A stretch of DNA of 63,985 nt, filler included, from Stramenopiles sp. TOSAG23-3 (taxonomy: Eukaryota), in assembly GCA_900128585.1 (NCBI GenBank). It is 3 parts of 3 records of this genome, joined end to end, with 100 filler letters (N's around TTAATTAATTAA, not from the genome) between each part and the next. Parts side by side here need not be neighbours in the genome. Positions count along the whole stretch, not along the records: positions 22,107 to 44,080 come from LT642345.1; positions 44,181 to 63,985 come from LT642389.1; 1 more part is not named here. One strand, given 5' to 3'. Positions 39,352 through 49,489 of the stretch are shown here, piece after piece (the first letter of the stretch is position 1; each line of letters opens with the position of its first letter). Under the pieces are notes generated by a model. It was not told the DNA's origin. It did no database searches and worked only from the letters and a program-made list of their open reading frames with translations. The position numbers and the translations under genes were made by a program.

Positions 39352-40415
39352 TGTTGCGTGAAATTGAAGTTATTTTGTTAACTGAATCTATCCAATGGAT
39401 TCAACTGTAAATTTAGTTTTCTTGTATTAACTTGATTGATGTTATAAATTGTTCCTCGAAGTCTTTAATCACTATTCACAAACACATTCAAAAGTGGACC
39501 GACCGACCGACCGACCGCAAGGCAAGGCAAGGNNNNNNNNNNNNNNNNNNNNNTTCTTCTTCTTCTTCAATAACAAAACAATAACAGAAATAAAATAGAA
39601 GGTGTACAGGAGGATGATTTATTTATTTATGGGTGAAACCACCGCCAGCCTTTTGGTGTTGCTTCTCCCAATTAAGGATAATTAAATGCGGGAATTATGA
39701 TTGAATATTCTTTTGAATCATAATGTAAAACGACGAGGTAGACTCCTCAGGTAGATCGCGAAATGAAGATCATCATGTGATTCATTCCTATCTACAAACC
39801 ATTGCATTGCATTGCCTTAATTCCAGAGTGCGACTGCAATGAAGGAAAGCGGAAGAAAGGAAAGAAACCTACCGTACCGGTTCAAAGTAACTGATAAATT
39901 TTTAAATCATTAAGATTAAGGAAATACTCTATAATCAATAAACAATAATTCATATTTTATTTAAGCTTATAGTATTATTCCTTTTACCGTAGAATTGAAT
40001 TAAATCAAATTTGTTATATATAATTAAAACAATAACAATATTAAGGGAACTTAAATTGAACGTATTTAAATTTATTAGAAGAAGGAANNNNNNNNNNNNN
40101 NNNNNNNNNNNNNNNNNNNNNNNNNNNNNNNNNNNNNNNNNNNNNNNNNNNNNNNNNNNNNNNNNNNNNNNNNNNNNNNNNNNNNNNNNNNNNNNNNNNN
40201 NNNNNNNNNNNNNNNNNNNNNNNNNNNNNNNNNNNNNNNNNNNNNNNNNTCTCTACTATTATATATTTAATACTGATGATGCTTGCTTGAATTATTCTTG
40301 TATTTGAATGAAGTAAAAGTGAAACAAAAAACGATAAAATGACGCAGACCATGTCAATCAAGTTTGATATTTCGTACATCGCAGGAGGATAAGTTTCATG
40401 ACATTTTAAAGAGTC

Positions 40416-42866
40416 ATGGTGTACACAAAGTTAAGTACGTTTACTTTGCAGCGAAAGGCCAATGGCGACGGCCGGGGGGGTGAGGAGGTAGGGACTGAAC
40501 CGAAGAAAATCGCCGTTGCGAGGTTTAGCGTTCCAGCGGGGCCAGGCACGAGTGGTGGTGCGTTTAATTTTAAAATTAACGATATGGAACAAGAAGTGTT
40601 GTGGGCGACCCGCCTGTTTGAATATTTGCGATTGTGGGGTGATCCGTGGGTGGTACAATTGAAAGCGATGTTATTTGAGCTTGACGTGGGGTTTTCTGAA
40701 CGATTCTTTTATTTTTGTCATAGCGACTCGGGGGTTAAACCCATTTCTCAGATCACCGTGCTCGTTCGAAATGGGGTCGGAATCCTGGGAAACGTTTGGA
40801 CGTCTCCTAAGCACAGGCGCCAAGGGTTAGTAAACCGGCTGATGGCTGCCGTCAAACAGGATTTTAAGAAGAAAAACTGGAAAGCTCTTTACCTTGGAAC
40901 AGGCTACGATAATTTGGCCTACAACATTTACTTGAAGCAGGGGTTCAACCCGGTCGAACCTCTTAGCGGTTACATGGAATACTATGGGGAAGAGGGGCTT
41001 CACGACAGAGTTTGGTGCGAAAGGAAAAGGGATGCGTTCGAGTCGGAATGGTTTCCCGAGGATGGGGTTGGGGACGTAACGATAGAAAATTTGTCGTGGA
41101 AGCACTACCCCGTCCTCCCACCGCTCTTTCTTTCGGGCAACATTCCGGGCATAGTTAGGGCAAGCCCATTGAATTTAATTGGGCGCATTTCATCCGAGCT
41201 TCCATTCATAAACCTGATCGATCAAGAAATGAGACGAATTCGCAGACAGGATTTGCACCAGGTCCAAATACTAAGCCATACTCGCACCGGTGCGGTTGTT
41301 GGAATCGCAATGTGGGCGTGGGAACCAAATTACAAAGATACGATCTTGCTGGACGTATTTTGCCACAAGGACTTTTGGATGTGGGGGAAAGCACTGCTTG
41401 CTGGGCTTCCCTTGCCTCGGTCAAAAGCTCAAAAATTCGTCGTTCTCGGGGACATGCTATGTACTGAGAAGATAGCACTGTTTGAATCGCAGGGGTTTAC
41501 AACGCACATAATGAGCCACGAATTGGGGGTCGACAAGCAAAAGTCCAAAATGACAAAAATGGTGTACATGGAAAAAGTAAACCCGTCCTTCGTTCCCCGC
41601 AAAACAACCGTCGAAGTGCCGCCGGCACCATCCGCAAAAGTGGGCGAGGCATCCACAGAACTAGGCGAAGGAGATGACATCATCGAACTACATGTGCCCC
41701 CGCTTCCCCCATACGAAAAGTTGACAGTAAATGACATGCCCGCTATTACACACGACGGTCGGCTTGTCGAACCTGTAAAGATCCCGGAGGTAGAAATGCC
41801 ACCGGAGGACACTTTGCCCTGGCGCGAAAAAGGAGATAACGATGAGCTTCAGTCCAAGGTTGTAAAATTCGGGTTGCTGCAGAACGAGACGGCACGTGTT
41901 TCTGGGGACAAAGTCGAAGAGGTTCCTGTGGAAGAGAAGCCGGGACAAACGTTTGCCGAGGCCCATGTGGAGGATGTCAATGAAACCATCAAGAAGTACA
42001 TGGCTTATTTTATTGACGACGAGGAGTCTCGAAAAGAGATGGAGCAGGTCGAAGCAATCTACATGAAGGAGTTGGACAGCATCGAGGAAGTTTATAGGAA
42101 AGAGATGAAAACCGCAAAAGCAGAATTCGATAAAGAGGTAGAGAAAAGGTGGACGGAATGCCGAGACGAATTTTCTGCGAAGCAATCGCAATACGAAAGT
42201 CAAGTGGAAGAAATGATGGCCAGTTTTGGCATGTCTGTTGAGAACTTGCGGGAACACATATGCGAGATTGTCACGAAAGGGACCGGGATTGGAAAGGAGG
42301 AGATGTATGTTTCGTCATCGTCTAGTAGTGACGACGATGCCGAGGAGGAGGATGTTGGCATTGGTGGGCCAGAGCATGGCGGCGACAGCAAAGTTTATTA
42401 CGATGAAAATGGAGAAAAAATTGACGCTAGTGAGCTGAAACGCTTGGAGGCTGCGATGGGAAAACTCCAGAAAACCCTCGACGGCCTGGAGAGCGACTCC
42501 GACTCCGACTCCGACATAGAAATGCTTATGAGCAGGGCGGGGGTCGACAAAGAAGCCCTTGAACAGACGGAAGTGCAAATCAAAGATATGATCACGGACT
42601 ACCACGCCAAGGTCAAGGGGATTGACAAAAAGCACAATGTCCGTGGGGACTCAATCGAAGACATCGAGGACGAACGTTTACGGTCCGCGTTTAAGGAGGC
42701 CCAAAAAATGTACGAGAGAGGAGAAGAGTACCACGCTGAAGCAGAAAGGCTGCGACACCGTATGGCGAAGACGAAGAAGACACCGAAGCGATCGGTTACC
42801 CCCGAACGAATTCGGAAGATGTCAGCTGGCTCTGCAGGATCAGCGGGGGTATCTGGACAAAAATAG
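40416..42866 (+). CDS. Tandem GNAT acetyltransferase fused to an acidic coiled-coil C-terminal region
   Basis: GNAT motif A VWTSPKHRRQGLVNRLM and motif B AYNIYLKQGF. A second degenerate GNAT-like half (CHKDFW...FESQGF), a Pro-rich linker, then an acidic helical tail. Confidence 0.8.
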   Translation: MVYTKLSTFTLQRKANGDGRGGEEVGTEPKKIAVARFSVPAGPGTSGGAFNFKINDMEQEVLWATRLFEYLRLWGDPWVVQLKAMLFELDVGFSERFFYFCHSDSGVKPISQITVLVRNGVGILGNVWTSPKHRRQGLVNRLMAAVKQDFKKKNWKALYLGTGYDNLAYNIYLKQGFNPVEPLSGYMEYYGEEGLHDRVWCERKRDAFESEWFPEDGVGDVTIENLSWKHYPVLPPLFLSGNIPGIVRASPLNLIGRISSELPFINLIDQEMRRIRRQDLHQVQILSHTRTGAVVGIAMWAWEPNYKDTILLDVFCHKDFWMWGKALLAGLPLPRSKAQKFVVLGDMLCTEKIALFESQGFTTHIMSHELGVDKQKSKMTKMVYMEKVNPSFVPRKTTVEVPPAPSAKVGEASTELGEGDDIIELHVPPLPPYEKLTVNDMPAITHDGRLVEPVKIPEVEMPPEDTLPWREKGDNDELQSKVVKFGLLQNETARVSGDKVEEVPVEEKPGQTFAEAHVEDVNETIKKYMAYFIDDEESRKEMEQVEAIYMKELDSIEEVYRKEMKTAKAEFDKEVEKRWTECRDEFSAKQSQYESQVEEMMASFGMSVENLREHICEIVTKGTGIGKEEMYVSSSSSSDDDAEEEDVGIGGPEHGGDSKVYYDENGEKIDASELKRLEAAMGKLQKTLDGLESDSDSDSDIEMLMSRAGVDKEALEQTEVQIKDMITDYHAKVKGIDKKHNVRGDSIEDIEDERLRSAFKEAQKMYERGEEYHAEAERLRHRMAKTKKTPKRSVTPERIRKMSAGSAGSAGVSGQK

Positions 42867-43200
42867 GTTTTCCAAAACACCGTTAATAAAGTTTGTAGGA
42901 AGCAACAATACAATACAACGCGGTGGTATGTTAGGAGATTTTATGCAAGACAACGAAAAAAAAGAAAGAACCGCAGTCTTGCGAACATGCGCAAGGCGAG
43001 AGGAGTGTACACAGGAAATATTTTTAACAAAGTATATTTATATTTTCTTTAATATTATGTAGTGTGTTGTGTGTATTAAACTTTGCAGAGGGTGCTAAAT
43101 TCGGTTATTATGCTACTTGTTTTTGTTTTGTTAATTAAGGACATGGTAATATTATTGTTTTTTTTTGAAGATCGTAAATACTTCGTATAATACACCGAAA

Positions 43201-43758
43201 TTACAAAATCTTTGCGAAATGTTCGCAAATAGTTTTCTTTATCTCGGCAACTTCCTCAACATTGAAAGCATTCAAACGCAGCATATGAATCTGCATTATG
43301 TCGCTCTCAAGCGAATCAATTCCTAGGTTTTGCCGAATTTGCTCGTCCGACTGCAGGTCATCATCGCCTGCGTTCTGAACATTTGCTATGACTATTTTCA
43401 TGCTCTCAGCAAGGCTCATCTCGTTCATTACCGTAGCAAAGCGGCTACGGGATTTTATCATACTCTCTCTATCATTTGCGTCGACTACGTATAAAATCAC
43501 GTTTGCTACAAAGTTTTCGTAAAAGTATGGCCAACAATCCTGCAACTCCTCTTTGCCGCTGAGATCCCACATGTTCAAAATAAACCGGTACTTCTTGTAC
43601 GGACATTTAATAACCTCATAGTTGAACCCGGTGGTTGACTTGAAATTTTGGTTGACCTCCTGAAGACGAAGGGTATAAAGCATTGTTGTTTTCCCCCCTC
43701 CACTCGGTCCTATTAACAAAACATTTAGATCAATGTTTTTGATGATTGAGTTACCCAT
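43201..43758 (-). CDS. Divergent ARF/ARL-family small GTPase
   Basis: MGN myristoylation start, G1 GPSGGGKT, G2 STTGFN, G3 WDLSG, W-YFYEN, YVVDA. 185 aa. Confidence 0.88.
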   Translation of the reverse strand: MGNSIIKNIDLNVLLIGPSGGGKTTMLYTLRLQEVNQNFKSTTGFNYEVIKCPYKKYRFILNMWDLSGKEELQDCWPYFYENFVANVILYVVDANDRESMIKSRSRFATVMNEMSLAESMKIVIANVQNAGDDDLQSDEQIRQNLGIDSLESDIMQIHMLRLNAFNVEEVAEIKKTICEHFAKIL

Positions 43759-44080
43759 GGCACCACGTTAAACCAAAAGGCCCCGTTCTAAACAGCCCAG
43801 GGAAGAAAACTAGCGCGTAGCCACCGACCTGGCTTTCTTCAAGCGAATCGGAGTCACAGGACGAAGGGAAGCGGGAGAGACCAGGGAGATCTTGAAAGCG
43901 CAACGGGACACCTCAGAGAAATTCCTTACTTATCTTTTTTTTAAACAACGAAGCTCTCCGGGCATGCAAACCGTTTTCCTTGTTTCATGTTGCGAGTGTA
44001 GCGTGAAACGTACTTCATAAGATGACATATATTGTTAGTCCGTGTACATTAAACAATTAATTCTTCTTCTTCTTGTTTTT

Positions 44081-44180
44081 NNNNNNNNNNNNNNNNNNNN
44101 NNNNNNNNNNNNNNNNNNNNNNNNTTAATTAATTAANNNNNNNNNNNNNNNNNNNNNNNNNNNNNNNNNNNNNNNNNNNN
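44081..44180. other. Artificial contig-joining spacer (44 N + TTAATTAATTAA + 44 N)
   Basis: Identical in structure to the spacer at 22007-22106. Confidence 0.93.
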
Positions 44181-44558
44181 ATTTTTTTAATTTATCTTCG
44201 TTCTGCTCTTCTTTTACTATTAGAGCTTTACAGCATGTCTTCTTTTCCTTCCTCTGCTGTGCTATTAGAGATTAATAAAAAAAAAAAAGCTGAAAGAAAA
44301 AAAAACAAAAGGAGAGAGGCCACATTGTTTTAATACTATAAAATAATCATATACTAAAATTAGTGAAACCAAAACCAAAACCAAAACCAAAAGCATCAGC
44401 AGATTGATTCATCATTTTTTTGACGACTTCACAGATCACAGAATATCAATTACATCGTCTAATTATGCGGACACATAATAATTCGAAACCATTTCTGTGT
44501 GCGGTTCGGGCTCGGATCTCCTTGAAATATAATGGTACCAATTAAAATGGTGTTATTT

Positions 44559-45248
44559 TCACTCTACGCATTTATATAGGACATTGGTTTTCTTCTTCTT
44601 TTTCTTTTGTTTTTTGTTTAGCGCCACAAAGTACCCCAATAACGATGGTACAATTTGAACATTCTCCAACACGTTTTTCAACGTTTCTTGATTCTTAATT
44701 ACATCTCGTTTTTTAAAAGCAGCGTCAGGCCGTACATAAACAATATTAATATCCGGGGATCTATTGTGATGCAATACAGATGCACAATGATCAATACCAT
44801 CGTCCATAAATGTTTTCGCACTTACCAATTTACAAAACCACGCTTTGCTTCCAGTCTTAGTGTACGTAAATCGATCCGAGTTACGGAAACTACCACGTTC
44901 GAAAACTAATACACCAAATTTAATTTGCTTCTCCTTAACACGACTCGCGATTCCATGTGATGCTTTTTCACGGAACTTTGAATCACGTTTAACGAACGAG
45001 CAACAAGCAACGTTTTTGTATTCGTCACACAATTGCTTGGTTGGTTTCACCGTATCTAAAACGCCATGGTAATCAAGTACAATATCAATCGGTGTTTCCT
45101 TCATTTCTTCCTTTAACATATTTATAAATTGTTCCTCTTGATGAAATCGAAATGTTTCTCTCCTTCCATTTGCCATTATCAGAGTAACCATATCAAGCCC
45201 AGCTTTGCGCGCTTGCTCCGCGTAGTCCATCACTTCTGTTTTCAACAT
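44559..45248 (-). CDS. Hypothetical HAD-like protein, AT-rich
   Basis: 229-aa ATG-initiated ORF. IVLDYHGVLD resembles HAD motif I and FMDDG resembles motif IV. Confidence 0.55.
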   Translation of the reverse strand: MLKTEVMDYAEQARKAGLDMVTLIMANGRRETFRFHQEEQFINMLKEEMKETPIDIVLDYHGVLDTVKPTKQLCDEYKNVACCSFVKRDSKFREKASHGIASRVKEKQIKFGVLVFERGSFRNSDRFTYTKTGSKAWFCKLVSAKTFMDDGIDHCASVLHHNRSPDINIVYVRPDAAFKKRDVIKNQETLKNVLENVQIVPSLLGYFVALNKKQKKKKKKTNVLYKCVE

Positions 45249-45492
45249 GGTTCTTTTTTTCTCTTCTTCTTTCTTCCGTACAATATTTACAAAAATATTT
45301 CCAGGTGTTCGCTTACATTTCTATTTCCTTTCGTTTTCGTTGAATTATTTTTCTGTTTGCATTCATAAAGAATATGTATAGATATATAGATATTGAAATG
45401 TAAAAAATGCAGAGTCGCGATGGAATCTTTTTTCAAAGTACCAACATCAAACCCTTGTTGATGAAACAATGATGACATCGAAGCGAAGTCGT

Positions 45493-45553
45493 CTTCTTCT
45501 TCTTCTTCTTCTTCTTCTTCTTCTTCTTCTTCTTCTTCTTCTTCTTCTTCTTC
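45493..45553 (+). repeat. (TTC)n microsatellite
   Basis: Perfect run. Confidence 0.95.
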
Positions 45554-46127
45554 TATTTTTTTATTATCATTTTTGTTTTTGTGGTGCTGTGTCCCTGCGA
45601 ATATATTAAATACCAAAAGTTCAAATAAGTTTTATAACCAAAAGAATTTTCTTTTTCTTTCTTCAATGCTATTTCTATATTCTTTTTCCTATTTTGTTTG
45701 TGATTCTTTCATTCACTTCTTCACAATTTATCCAAAACATGAACACAGCATCAGCTAATGGTGTGTTCCTGTCGACAAACAACGAAAAAAAGAAAGAAAG
45801 TGTTATAATGTAATGTACGAGGACAGCTATTTAGACTAATAATTCGAATGAACTTTTACCAAGAAGTGATAATGTTTTTTGTATTTGTATTTGTTTTTGA
45901 TAGAGGTGATTTGTATTCTTCAACGAACAAATCGATTCTTCTCCCAGCCAAAGTCCCACTGAAAGTTTTATCCATTTTTTGCGAATACAATAGTCTAGAT
46001 AGTCGTAATTATTTAGTCTTCTATTAAATTATATAATTATTACGATGAATCGAAGTATTAGGAGTCACTTTTTGCGCAGTTTTGTCTTGATTTTTTTTGG
46101 TTTTTGATCGGTCTGATTTCAATCTAG

Positions 46128-46910
46128 TCAGGGTTGGGCTTCCGCCGGGTCTTGAGAACCACCCGCCTTATCTGTGTCACCACTGCACTTGACTGTGTCA
46201 CCCGCCTTATCTTCGAAATACTTGACTGTGGAGTCCGAGATAAATCTTATAGTGAGTGGCCTGTAGACCCGGGTAACAAGCATTGCTGGCAACCAGAATA
46301 TCCACTTTTTGAGAAAAACAAGGAAAAATTTGATAAATTTTTTCATTTTTTCAGGTCCATCCTCAAATGTATTTTTAACACCAAACGTACCCAACAGTTT
46401 AAAGAATGCTGATAACACTAGGGCAAAGAAGAGACCAAAGACTGTCATTACCAAGAGTGTTAAGAAGAAAACTAGAATTAGAATCCAAAAGAAAAGCACT
46501 GCTTGGATCACAAGGGGCGCGGACACAATTTTTGCCAGTTGAAGACAAGACCATTCATATGGCAGTTTACGGGAAGATGACGATACCATTCTGGGGGAAA
46601 CCAAAAAGCGATGCCCACAGATAAGAAGAGCCAGGGAACCGTGGGCAATCAGTGTGATAGACACATATACTCCATAGGCACTTCCACGTTGTTCGACTAC
46701 GCTGACACTGCCCACGGCAATCAACACGACAGACAACCAAAATTCTGTGGCAGCAGTCATCCAGGATGGTTTCTGCGTATTATATTTTTTCATATACTTA
46801 TATTCTTCTCTCAAGATTTGAGATGAATCCGGCCCAGGCTCAGCCCTACCTACGTCGGTACTTTTTATCTCAATGGAAACGTTTTCAACATTTTGGGCTT
46901 CTGTTTGCAT
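46128..46910 (-). CDS. Hypothetical multi-pass membrane protein
   Basis: 260-aa ORF with 3-5 hydrophobic segments, including one unusually long hydrophobic stretch. Confidence 0.65.
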   Translation of the reverse strand: MQTEAQNVENVSIEIKSTDVGRAEPGPDSSQILREEYKYMKKYNTQKPSWMTAATEFWLSVVLIAVGSVSVVEQRGSAYGVYVSITLIAHGSLALLICGHRFLVSPRMVSSSSRKLPYEWSCLQLAKIVSAPLVIQAVLFFWILILVFFLTLLVMTVFGLFFALVLSAFFKLLGTFGVKNTFEDGPEKMKKFIKFFLVFLKKWIFWLPAMLVTRVYRPLTIRFISDSTVKYFEDKAGDTVKCSGDTDKAGGSQDPAEAQP

Positions 46911-47528
46911 TCTATACGTCGTGCACTTGGTCTACTCTTTGCTAGATAGAGAAAGCTGGAACGGAACTAACAGATTAAACTCGCTCAAAGGTCAGATTTA
47001 AAAACTAAATTGTTCGACACTACAAACTGAACATACGCGCGCGCACACACGTACACACGCATCGAATTCCTCAATTCATTCAGTTGTTCTTAAGTTTCCG
47101 ATATGATGATGTTTTTTTTTTCATCATCGTGACTAACTACTCAAGAGACGACGACGACGCACACTGCAGGAGGAGTGATGTAGTAGTTGTTAAAAACGAC
47201 ATCATATAATAGGGGGGGGGGGGGGGGGTGTCGATAAAATTTCATTTTTTTACCATTTTTTCACCGTAAATTAATAATAGGACGACTAATAATACTGTTT
47301 GTTTTTCATCATCATACAGTATAATAATAATAATAAATTTTAATTCTGTTCATCGTCGCATCTTAGGAAAAAATATATTTCAACACAACAAACTTTTCAT
47401 TTGCTCATCCACACCACAACCGATACACCAGAACCGATGAAATATTGTTTTACCCCACATTTCTGCCCGTTGCATTTCTCACTGTTGCAGTCTATTCAGC
47501 TAGTTTTATTGCCATTGTGTCGCCCACC

Positions 47529-49031
47529 ATGCCCTTCCTTCGTTTCGCCACATACGGTGGCAGTTTGTTGTCGGCGGCTCTGCTCGTCGCGACTGTGGAC
47601 GCGCACGGGAACATGGTACGCCCAACGCCACGTCAACCGGAACCGATGTACTGGTACCAAGTTGGATGCTTGATTGGGTGCACGTGCTCCGGTGGTGGAA
47701 AAGAGACGTACCCTTCGCCTGCGAGTCTTAACTGTCCCAATCCAGGGACTCCGACGTTAACCAACGCCAGTGACCTAACTTGGAATGTGGACAAGACTTC
47801 GCCCAGGGGGGAATGGAACAAGTACATGCCATGGAGAGCGCCTGGAACGTCCATACCGTTAGATTCGTGTGGAATTGCATCGGGATTTTTGCCCTCTGCA
47901 ACGGTGCAATATCCCCACACATTTAAAGACACAAGCATCAGTCAAGGTATGAAAGGAACCACGCTAAAACAAGGACCCCTCGCGTATTGGGAACCAGGCA
48001 AAGAGGTCCTCGTCTCGTTTCATCTGAGCGTCAACCACGGCGGGGGTTACCAATACCGCGTATGCCCCTCGAAGAGTCCATCCGTGGACGAGGCTTGCTT
48101 CGAAGCCCACCCATTGAAGTTCGCGTCTACAAATCATGTGGTGGCGATGAACGGAAAAAATATCAACGTACCTGCCCATGATGTGGTCAGTGGCGTGCGT
48201 CCTGCTGGCCATTCTTGGCGGAAACTCCCGCTCCCAGCGTGCAATTGCGACCTTGGAGCATCCTGCTCACTCTCGTCGTCCAAGAATACCAACGATACGG
48301 TAGCGTATACAAATGGGACTACGTACGGATCCTGCGCCCATGGCCTTCAATTCGATGCTGTGCATCTCCGTGATGGAAGTTGGCCAGAAGGTTTCGGGTA
48401 TTATGTCGACGCGCTGGGTCCTCCAGGATCGACGGCCGGGAAAAATGGCAAACAGAAAACAAGTGGGTGCTATTCCAAAACGGATCAGACATCCTGTGCT
48501 GCGGACAGTTCGTGCGGTTGGGCTACCAAGTCCGGCAAGACGTACTGCGCTCCGATCTGCGATTCGCTTACCGGTCAATCAACGTGTGACGCCAACTCCA
48601 AGTGCCAATGGTATTCTGAGAAAGGCGTTTGTGGCAAGGCCGCAGATGTCTGCGGCGCCCTGGCGAGTAAAGCCACGTGCGAAGCACAGTCAGGATGCGC
48701 GTGGTACACGCCGAAATCGCAGTGTTACACGCCGCAGGCAGTGGACAAGGATGCTGGGTTCGGTGGGGCCAAAGGTTCGGAGGATCAACAAAAAAGTGGG
48801 CTAACCCAGAATTGGGAAATCATGGATAAGGTTATAGCCCCATCTATCGCTGGTGACTACATATTGCAGTGGCGTTGGGACAATGAACAGACACCGCAAA
48901 TCTGGACGTCGTGCGCGGACATTAAAGTCTGCGAGGGCTGTAAGCCGGTTTTTGGGGGCTCAGCAAGAACAAGTTCCTCTATACCAATCATGATTTTGAC
49001 AGTTTTTTTGACCCTGGCGTTTAGGGCTTGA
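47529..49031 (+). CDS. Secreted lytic polysaccharide monooxygenase-like (His-brace) protein with Cys-rich insert and C-terminal GPI/TM anchor
   Basis: ATG at 47529. The signal peptide ends at VDA, leaving mature His1 (HGNMVRPTPR, codon 47604). Second His in VNHGGGYQYRVCP. C-terminal LQWRWD...QIWTSCADI and a hydrophobic tail. Confidence 0.82.
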   Translation: MPFLRFATYGGSLLSAALLVATVDAHGNMVRPTPRQPEPMYWYQVGCLIGCTCSGGGKETYPSPASLNCPNPGTPTLTNASDLTWNVDKTSPRGEWNKYMPWRAPGTSIPLDSCGIASGFLPSATVQYPHTFKDTSISQGMKGTTLKQGPLAYWEPGKEVLVSFHLSVNHGGGYQYRVCPSKSPSVDEACFEAHPLKFASTNHVVAMNGKNINVPAHDVVSGVRPAGHSWRKLPLPACNCDLGASCSLSSSKNTNDTVAYTNGTTYGSCAHGLQFDAVHLRDGSWPEGFGYYVDALGPPGSTAGKNGKQKTSGCYSKTDQTSCAADSSCGWATKSGKTYCAPICDSLTGQSTCDANSKCQWYSEKGVCGKAADVCGALASKATCEAQSGCAWYTPKSQCYTPQAVDKDAGFGGAKGSEDQQKSGLTQNWEIMDKVIAPSIAGDYILQWRWDNEQTPQIWTSCADIKVCEGCKPVFGGSARTSSSIPIMILTVFLTLAFRA

Positions 49032-49105
49032 TTATGGTCGTGGCATGTAGATCCGTGTGTGATTCAAATATCAAGGAATTCCGCGTTGAGGGGAGAATCA
49101 TTTTA

Positions 49106-49479
49106 TATCAATTACGAAAAAAGAAGCTAAATTTAATTACTTAAAATAACAGCCAATTTTCTTGTTTTTGTTTTTTAAATAAGAAAATTGGCTGTTATTT
49201 AAGTTTTTTATCAATTACGATTTCAGTTCCAAACTTAAAAAAACAAAATTAAATATATAGTAGTTTTTAATAAAAGCCATTTTAGTTCGCAGAATGTGAA
49301 AAAGGAACGTAAACCTTTATGGTCAATAGGAATAGATTCACATTCGTGGTACATGAAGAAGATAAAAATAACAGGGCCAATTTTTTTGATTTTTGATTTT
49401 TTGTTTAATGGAACCAAGTTAGGATTAGGGTATGAGGACGCTAAATTTAATTAGTTAAATAACAGCCAATTTTCTTGTT
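49106..49479. repeat. TAACAGCCAATTTTCTTG element cluster including an inverted pair flanked by 12-bp direct repeats
   Basis: Inverted arms at about 49139-49163 and 49181-49204. TATCAATTACGA at 49106-49117 and 49209-49220. A degenerate copy near 49367 and a full copy at 49440-49479. Confidence 0.88.
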
Positions 49480-49489
49480 AGTGTTTAAT

